From a bacterium (GTDB taxonomy: Bacteria > Elusimicrobiota > Elusimicrobia > UBA1565), in assembly GCA_004322435.1 (NCBI GenBank), contig SCTT01000025.1, forward strand, positions 1-40,430: a stretch of DNA of 40,430 nt, written 5' to 3'. Each line of letters starts with the position of its first letter. The first letter of the stretch is position 1. The translations under genes and the position numbers were made by a program. This document shows positions 36,108 through 40,430 of the stretch, one piece after another. Under the pieces are notes generated by a model. That model had not been told where the DNA came from, searched no databases, and was given only the letters and a program-made list of their open reading frames with translations.

Positions 36108-36481
36108 GGCTCCTCCATGAGGGCCGGGCCGAGGACCGGGTCGGCCAGGGCCTGGCGCAGCGCGCGGCGCAGGCGCCAGGCGGTGGCGATCTTGACCCGC
36201 AGGCGCTGCGAGAGTTCGGCGCAGGAAGGCTCCCCGTCGAGCATCAGGCGGGCGGCCCGGTGCCAGGCGGCGAGCGGCAGATGGGTCCGCGCGAGCGGCG
36301 TGCCGGTGAGGTCGTTGAAGGCCCGGCCGCAGGCCAGGCAGCGGAGCTTGCGCCGACCCGACGCGTCGGCGTTCATGAACAGCCCGCAGCGCGGGCTCGC
36401 GCAGCGCGGGCAGCGCAGCCCCTCGGGCCAGCGCGCCCGGCGCAGGCGCGCGAGGAACCGCTCTTCGAAGCCTTCGTCCAC
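36104..36481 (-). CDS. Stand-alone IS1595-type transposase N-terminal module (Zn-ribbon plus HTH), no DDE domain; candidate DNA-binding regulator
   Basis: The pattern FLARLRRARWPEGLRCPRCASPR...LRCLACGRAFNDLTGTPLARTHLPLAAWHRAA-LM...ELSQRLRVKIATAWRLRRAL matches the conserved N-terminus of IS1595-family transposases: RWPNG-x-CPxCG...CxxC...FS-x-TAGT...T...PL..W, then an HTH and YKTAW. The GTG at 36481 has a GGAGG RBS 6 nt upstream. The track start at 36508 is TTG. The stop overlaps the NHL start as GTGA. Confidence 0.7.
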   Translation of the reverse strand: MDEGFEERFLARLRRARWPEGLRCPRCASPRCGLFMNADASGRRKLRCLACGRAFNDLTGTPLARTHLPLAAWHRAARLMLDGEPSCAELSQRLRVKIATAWRLRRALRQALADPVLGPALMEEP

Positions 36482-36562
36482 GGCCAACCTCCGGGGGTAC
36501 AACCTCAAACGGAACGTCGCGGGCCGAAAAGACCCCGGTCTCCCGGGGTCTCTCCTTACGGA

Positions 36563-37204
36563 TTACCGGTCGTGGCAGGCCAAGCAGCGGTCGCCCGAGC
36601 GGAGGATCTTGGAGGACGCCTCGCTCGAGTGCATCGAGTGGCAGCTCGTGCAGCCGACGACCCCGCCGGTCTCCGTCTTGACCTTGGCGGCGGCGCTGGC
36701 CGGGGCGCCGGGGTAGTCCGTGCGCAGCGCGGCGAACCAGCCTTCCGTGCCGAACGGGACCACGACGCCGACCGGGTGCTTCCCGTGCAGGTCGCGCCCG
36801 AAGTTCTTGGTGTTGGCGGCCATCACGACCGACCCGCCGAGCGTCGTCTGCCCGTCGTGGCAGGACAAGCAGCGGCCGGAGTTGGTCTTCACGAAGTCCG
36901 CCGCCGAGAGGAAGCGGGTGTCGCCCGCGCCCAGCGTCATGCCGACGCTCGGATTGGCGGCGTCGTAGACGACCCAGCCGGTCGTCGTCGGAGCGCTGCG
37001 TTTCCAGATCTGCACCACGTCCGCGGCCTTGTGGGCCGAGTGACACATGCCGCAGGACCCGCCGTACGTGTAGGTGTACGTGCTCGTCCCGTTGAAATAT
37101 CCCGTGCTGAAGTCGTGCTTCGTCCCCGCGACCTTGAGTCCCTCGGCCCGAACCGGGGCGCCGAAGAGGGTCACGAGGAAGAGTCCGGCGATGAGTGCTT
37201 TCAT
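36563..37204 (-). CDS. Secreted tetraheme cytochrome c
   Basis: The signal peptide is MKALIAGLFLVTLFGAPVRA. The CxxCH motifs are CGMCH, CLSCH, CTSCH and CLACH. The N-terminal module KHDFS...CGMCHSAH parallels KHDLS...CVFCHAVH in the 11-heme protein. A GAGGAGAG RBS is present. Confidence 0.88.
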   Translation of the reverse strand: MKALIAGLFLVTLFGAPVRAEGLKVAGTKHDFSTGYFNGTSTYTYTYGGSCGMCHSAHKAADVVQIWKRSAPTTTGWVVYDAANPSVGMTLGAGDTRFLSAADFVKTNSGRCLSCHDGQTTLGGSVVMAANTKNFGRDLHGKHPVGVVVPFGTEGWFAALRTDYPGAPASAAAKVKTETGGVVGCTSCHSMHSSEASSKILRSGDRCLACHDR

Positions 37205-37252
37205 TTCTGTTCTCTCCTCACTACGTAGTTTGGCGGCTAGCCGACAGGCTAA

Positions 37253-37272
37253 ATGGCAACGATGGTTCCGGA
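37253..37272 (-). promoter_or_regulatory. Candidate sigma-54 (-24/-12) promoter upstream of the tetraheme cytochrome operon
   Basis: The minus strand reads CCGGAACCATCGTTGCCA. The GG and GC are at the canonical spacing (GG-N10-GC) and the -12 element is TTGC. It matches the consensus TGGCAC-N5-TTGCW at GG, A, C and TTGC. It lies about 50 nt upstream of the ATG at 37204. Confidence 0.45.
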
Positions 37273-37327
37273 GCCCGATGTCCGCCGCTTTCGGCCCGAA
37301 GACCCCTCAGAACACGCCGGACGGGGA

Positions 37328-37372
37328 GCAAAAGGCGCGCGCGGCCCGGGAGAACGCCGGGCCGCGCGCGAC
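37328..37372 (-). terminator. Rho-independent-like terminator after NHL paralog 1
   Basis: A 14-bp GC stem pairs 37336-37349 with 37357-37370 (CGCGCGCGGCCCGG / CCGGGCCGCGCGCG) around a 7-nt loop. On the minus strand it is followed by CCTTTTG. It sits about 25 nt after the stop at 37394. Confidence 0.6.
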
Positions 37373-37393
37373 GAGGCGCGATAACGCGCGCGC

Positions 37394-38452
37394 TTACTTG
37401 TAGGCCGTCTCCGGGACCTTGATGTATTGGAAGACCTGCAGGCGCGCGTTGCCGGCGTCCACCAGGTAGATCCGGTCCGCGGCGTCGATGAAGAGCCCGG
37501 CCGGCAGGCTCAGCTCGCCGTCGCGGGCGCCGGGAGCGGCGAAGTAGAGCAGCAGCTTGCCCTGGCCGTTGAAGATCTGGACGCGGTTGAACACCGCGTC
37601 CACCACGTAGACGTTCCCGTCCGAGTCCGTGGCCACCCCGCGCGGCCGGGCCATGTAGCCCGGACGGTCGCCGTTCTCGCCGAAGCCGAACTTGATCTTC
37701 CCGTCGGGCGAGAAGATGTGGATGCGGCCCGCCACCGGGTCGGACTCGTAGATGGAGCCCTCCTTGTCCACCCAGAGGTTGGCCGTCATCCCCAGCGCCG
37801 CCTCGTCCTTGCCCCCGCGCAGGAACTCGCGCAGGAATTTTCCCTCGGGCGAGAGCGCCACCACGCTGCGCCGCCCGGCGTCGAGGACGAGGACCTCGCC
37901 CTTGGGCGACCAGGCCGCCGCCGCGGGGCGCCCGAAGGTCCCCTCGCCCCCCAGCGCCTCCGTCTTCCAGCGGAATTTGCGGTCGGGGCCGAAGCACTTG
38001 AGCGACGCGTCGCCGGAATCGGCGACGTAGAGGTTGCCGGCCGGGTCGGAGGCGGCGCCGGAGGGGCTGACCAACGCCCCGGCACCCTCCCCCGTGAACT
38101 TCTCATCGGTGCGCGCCGACAGGTCCAGCACGTGCACGGCCCCCTGGGCGGTGTCCGGCAGCAGCACGCGCCCGCGGGCGTCGACCCAGACGCCGTAGGG
38201 GCGGTCGAAGAGCGCCGCCGACGAGTCCCCGCCCAGCACGGCGTCGGAGAGCTTCGACAGGAACCCGCGCTTGCGGCCGCGCAGGTCGTCGATGCTGCGG
38301 ACGGTGCGCACCCAGCGGATGCGCGTCGGCTCGGGCGGCGTGGGGAACTCGAGCTGGGGGGCCTTGGGCTCCTCGGCGGGCTTGGCGGCGACGGCGGCCC
38401 CGGCGCGGACCGCGGACAAGGACAGCAGGACGGCGAGCAGTGGAGTCTTCAT
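37394..38452 (-). CDS. Secreted NHL-repeat beta-propeller protein (paralog 1)
   Basis: The ATG at 38452 (MKTPLLAVLLSLSAVRAGAA) gives a signal peptide. NHL blades are present (NLYVADSGDASLKCF, EVLVLDAGRRSVVAL, SIYESDPVAGRIHIF, NVYVVDAVFNRVQIF, RIYLVDAGNARLQVFQY). The start overlaps the upstream stop as ATGA. Confidence 0.85.
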   Translation of the reverse strand: MKTPLLAVLLSLSAVRAGAAVAAKPAEEPKAPQLEFPTPPEPTRIRWVRTVRSIDDLRGRKRGFLSKLSDAVLGGDSSAALFDRPYGVWVDARGRVLLPDTAQGAVHVLDLSARTDEKFTGEGAGALVSPSGAASDPAGNLYVADSGDASLKCFGPDRKFRWKTEALGGEGTFGRPAAAAWSPKGEVLVLDAGRRSVVALSPEGKFLREFLRGGKDEAALGMTANLWVDKEGSIYESDPVAGRIHIFSPDGKIKFGFGENGDRPGYMARPRGVATDSDGNVYVVDAVFNRVQIFNGQGKLLLYFAAPGARDGELSLPAGLFIDAADRIYLVDAGNARLQVFQYIKVPETAYK

Positions 38453-40430
38453 TTTTCGTGGCAGACCTCGCAGTGTCCGGGCTCGAAGGTGAGGAGCTTG
38501 GGTTTTGCGCCCGCGTGCGGGTCGTGGCATGAGGCGCAGTCGAAGGGCTTGTCCTTGCGCCGCGGGTCGGCCTTGCCCTCCTTGGACGTGGAGTGCCCCG
38601 CCACGGGGTGGTTGTTCTTGAGGCCGACCTCGTGGCAGGCGAAGCAGACGCCGTCCAAGGCGTCCTTCATCAGCGCCGGGCGGCGCCGGGCGTGGGGGTC
38701 GTGGCAGGCCACGCAGTCGCCGCCGGCGAAGGGCGCGTGCACGACGGCGAGCTCTCCCTTCTTGCGGAAGTCGGAGTGGCAGGTGAAGCAGGTCTTCTCG
38801 GGGGTCTCCTTGAGGGCGGCCTTGGCGTCGGCGCCCGTCGGCGCGTGGCACATCTCGCAGGAGCGCGAGCCGAAGGGCACATGCGGCTTGCCGCCGGCGA
38901 TGAGCTTAGGCTGCTCGCCCGCGTGCGGGTCATGGCAGGCCAGGCAGGAGCCCGCGAACTCGGACACGCCGAAGTGGGCCTTCTTGAGCGGCTCGTCGGC
39001 CGGGGTGTGGCAGTTGAGGCACAGCTCCTTGGCGGGCTGGAGCAGCAGGTGCGGCTCCTTAGAGGCGTGGGGCTGATGGCAGGTCGCGCAGTCCCCGTCT
39101 ACGAACGGCGAGTGGAGGACCGGCTTCTTGAGGCCGGCTTCCCGGGCCGGATGGCAGGACAGGCACAGCGGCTTGTACTCCTTAAGGAGCTTCTTGGGGT
39201 CTTGGGGGTCCGCGTGGCAGGCGGCGCAGCGCCCCTCGGCCACCGGCTTGTGCGCGCCCTCGGCCCGCGTCAGCTCCGCCGCCTTCTCCTTGTGGGCCGC
39301 GAAAAAGGCGTCCCCGTCGCCGGCCTCCGCCTTCTTGGCCGGGCCGAACCAGCCGGCCCCGGCCCCGCCCGCCGACAGCGCGAGGAGCAGCGCCGCGGCG
39401 GCGGCCTTGATGCCGAACTTCTCGAGGCGCCGGCGCAGCGCGTCGCGCCCGATGCCAAGGACCTGGGCCGCCTTCTGGTGGTTGCCGTTCGCGCGCGACA
39501 GGGCTTCTTTGACCATGGCCTTCTCCATCTCCTCGAGGTTGAGGCCGCCCTCCGGGGCGGCCGGGGCCGGAGCGGCGGGAGCCCGCTGCGGGCGGAGCTC
39601 GGTCTCCCCCAAGATCAGCATGCGCTCGAGGGTGTTGCGCAGCTCGCGGACGTTGCCGGGCCAGGAGTGCTCCCGGAAGGCCGCCAACGTCTCCTCGCTG
39701 AACGCCGGACGCGGCCGGCCCAGCTCGCGGCACAGGCGGCCCAAGATGAGGTCGGCCAGGGGCCGGATGTCCTCGCGCCGCTCCCGCAACGGGGCCAGCC
39801 GGATGGTGAGGACGTTGATGCGGTAGTAGAGGTCGGTGCGGAAGCGCCCCTCGGCCACGGCCTTCTCCAGGTCCTCGTTGGTGGCGGCCAGCACGCGCAC
39901 GTCCACCACGACGTCCTCGGTCCCCCCCACGCGCATGAAGGTCTTGTCCTCGAGCACCCGCAGCACCTTGGCCTGCAGGCCCTGCGGCATGTGGCCGATC
40001 TCGTTTAAGAACACCGTGCCGCCGTCGGCCGACTCGAAGATGCCCTTCTTGCGGGCCAGCGCGCCGGTGAAGGCCCCTTTCTCGTAGCCGAAGAGCTCGC
40101 TTTCGAGGAGATGCTCCGGGATGGCCGTGGCGTTGACCTCGAGGAGGGGCTGGTGCGCCCGCGCGCTCTCGTAGTGGATGGCCCGGGCCAGGCGGTCCTT
40201 GCCGCAGCCGGACTCCCCGAGGATGAGGACGTTGCCCTGCGGGCTCGCGGCGATCTTGCGCGCCATCCCGAGGGCCTCCCGCATCGAGGGGCTCTCGCAG
40301 ACGATGGAGTCGAAGTTGTACTTGTCGCGCCGCTTGCGATGCGTCTCGGCCAGGCGGGTGCGCAGCTGGGCGGTCTCGAGGACGCGCTCCAAGGTGATCT
40401 TGAGGCCGCCAAGCTGCAAGGGCTTCGAGA
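38449..40430 (-). CDS. NtrC-type sigma-54 enhancer-binding protein fused in frame to a TM/signal-anchor segment and an 11-heme cytochrome c domain (5'-truncated at the window edge)
   Basis: The frame is open to base 40430. The first residues, ..SKPLQLGGLKITLERVLE, look like the end of a receiver domain (KP). The AAA+ sigma-54 interaction domain has GESGCGKD, ESELFGYEKGAFTGA, VRVLAATN and NVRELRN. A Fis-type HTH follows (HQKAAQVLGIGRDALRRRLEKFGI). With no stop, the frame then runs into the hydrophobic AAAAALLLALSAGGAGAGWF (nt 39346-39405). Eleven CxxCH motifs follow (CAACH, CLSCH, CATCH, CLNCH, CLACH, CEMCH, CFTCH, CVACH, CFACH, CASCH, CEVCH) in c7/c3-like H-x-PF-x-G-x-C-x-x-CH-x-PH repeats. 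Confidence 0.75.
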   Translation of the reverse strand, partial: SKPLQLGGLKITLERVLETAQLRTRLAETHRKRRDKYNFDSIVCESPSMREALGMARKIAASPQGNVLILGESGCGKDRLARAIHYESARAHQPLLEVNATAIPEHLLESELFGYEKGAFTGALARKKGIFESADGGTVFLNEIGHMPQGLQAKVLRVLEDKTFMRVGGTEDVVVDVRVLAATNEDLEKAVAEGRFRTDLYYRINVLTIRLAPLRERREDIRPLADLILGRLCRELGRPRPAFSEETLAAFREHSWPGNVRELRNTLERMLILGETELRPQRAPAAPAPAAPEGGLNLEEMEKAMVKEALSRANGNHQKAAQVLGIGRDALRRRLEKFGIKAAAAALLLALSAGGAGAGWFGPAKKAEAGDGDAFFAAHKEKAAELTRAEGAHKPVAEGRCAACHADPQDPKKLLKEYKPLCLSCHPAREAGLKKPVLHSPFVDGDCATCHQPHASKEPHLLLQPAKELCLNCHTPADEPLKKAHFGVSEFAGSCLACHDPHAGEQPKLIAGGKPHVPFGSRSCEMCHAPTGADAKAALKETPEKTCFTCHSDFRKKGELAVVHAPFAGGDCVACHDPHARRRPALMKDALDGVCFACHEVGLKNNHPVAGHSTSKEGKADPRRKDKPFDCASCHDPHAGAKPKLLTFEPGHCEVCHEK

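Noticed and set aside
36104-36508. An active or recently decayed IS1595 insertion.
   Set aside because: There is no DDE domain ORF, no terminal inverted repeats and no flanking duplication. GC content and codon usage match the neighbours, and the ORF is translationally coupled to the next gene.
1-40430. CRISPR arrays, rRNA or tRNA genes, a prophage or a canonical defence island.
   Set aside because: There are no regularly spaced direct repeats; all the repeats I found are inverted. No rRNA-like or cloverleaf-compatible segments occur in the intergenic gaps. I recognised no integrase, recombinase, nuclease/helicase or phage structural genes.

Overview
This is a very GC-rich contig (about 70% by eye, not computed), apparently metagenome-assembled. 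Bases 1-13 are an exact Illumina adapter tail. TonB/ExbBD, lipoboxes and an outer-membrane barrel indicate a diderm bacterium. I found no rRNA, tRNA or CRISPR. Because of the GC content, most long ORFs in the track are spurious alternate frames. I called genes by recognisable protein families, signal peptides, RBS and start/stop coupling.

Content from left to right:
- Housekeeping and accessory genes: glpK, ackA, a TerC-family protein, pcm, sixA, a two-domain PPK2, ssb and a CPA2 antiporter-USP fusion.
- A visibly lower-GC two-gene island at about 11.2-14.1 kb.
- A HEAT-lipoprotein-ExbB-ExbD-TonB operon.
- A roughly 545 bp foldback element with an AT-rich core.
- A secreted protein plus a coupled lipoprotein.
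- A five-gene, translationally coupled operon: GAF-PAS histidine kinase, TldD, PrcB-like protein and two unknowns.
- A roughly 250 bp nested palindromic element.

The most interesting region is the minus-strand cluster at 31.7-40.4 kb. Read in transcription order, it contains:
- An NtrC-type sigma-54 activator whose reading frame continues, with no stop, into a TM/signal-anchor segment and an 11-CxxCH multiheme cytochrome c domain.
- An NHL beta-propeller protein, followed by a terminator and a candidate sigma-54 -24/-12 promoter.
- A tetraheme cytochrome.
- A stand-alone IS1595-type Zn-ribbon/HTH protein with no DDE domain.
- A second NHL propeller.
- An 11-heme secreted cytochrome.
- A C-terminal-Phe outer-membrane beta-barrel.

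I read this cluster as a candidate sigma-54-controlled porin-cytochrome electron conduit with a built-in heme-based periplasmic redox sensor. All family assignments come from motif recognition by eye. No database search was run.
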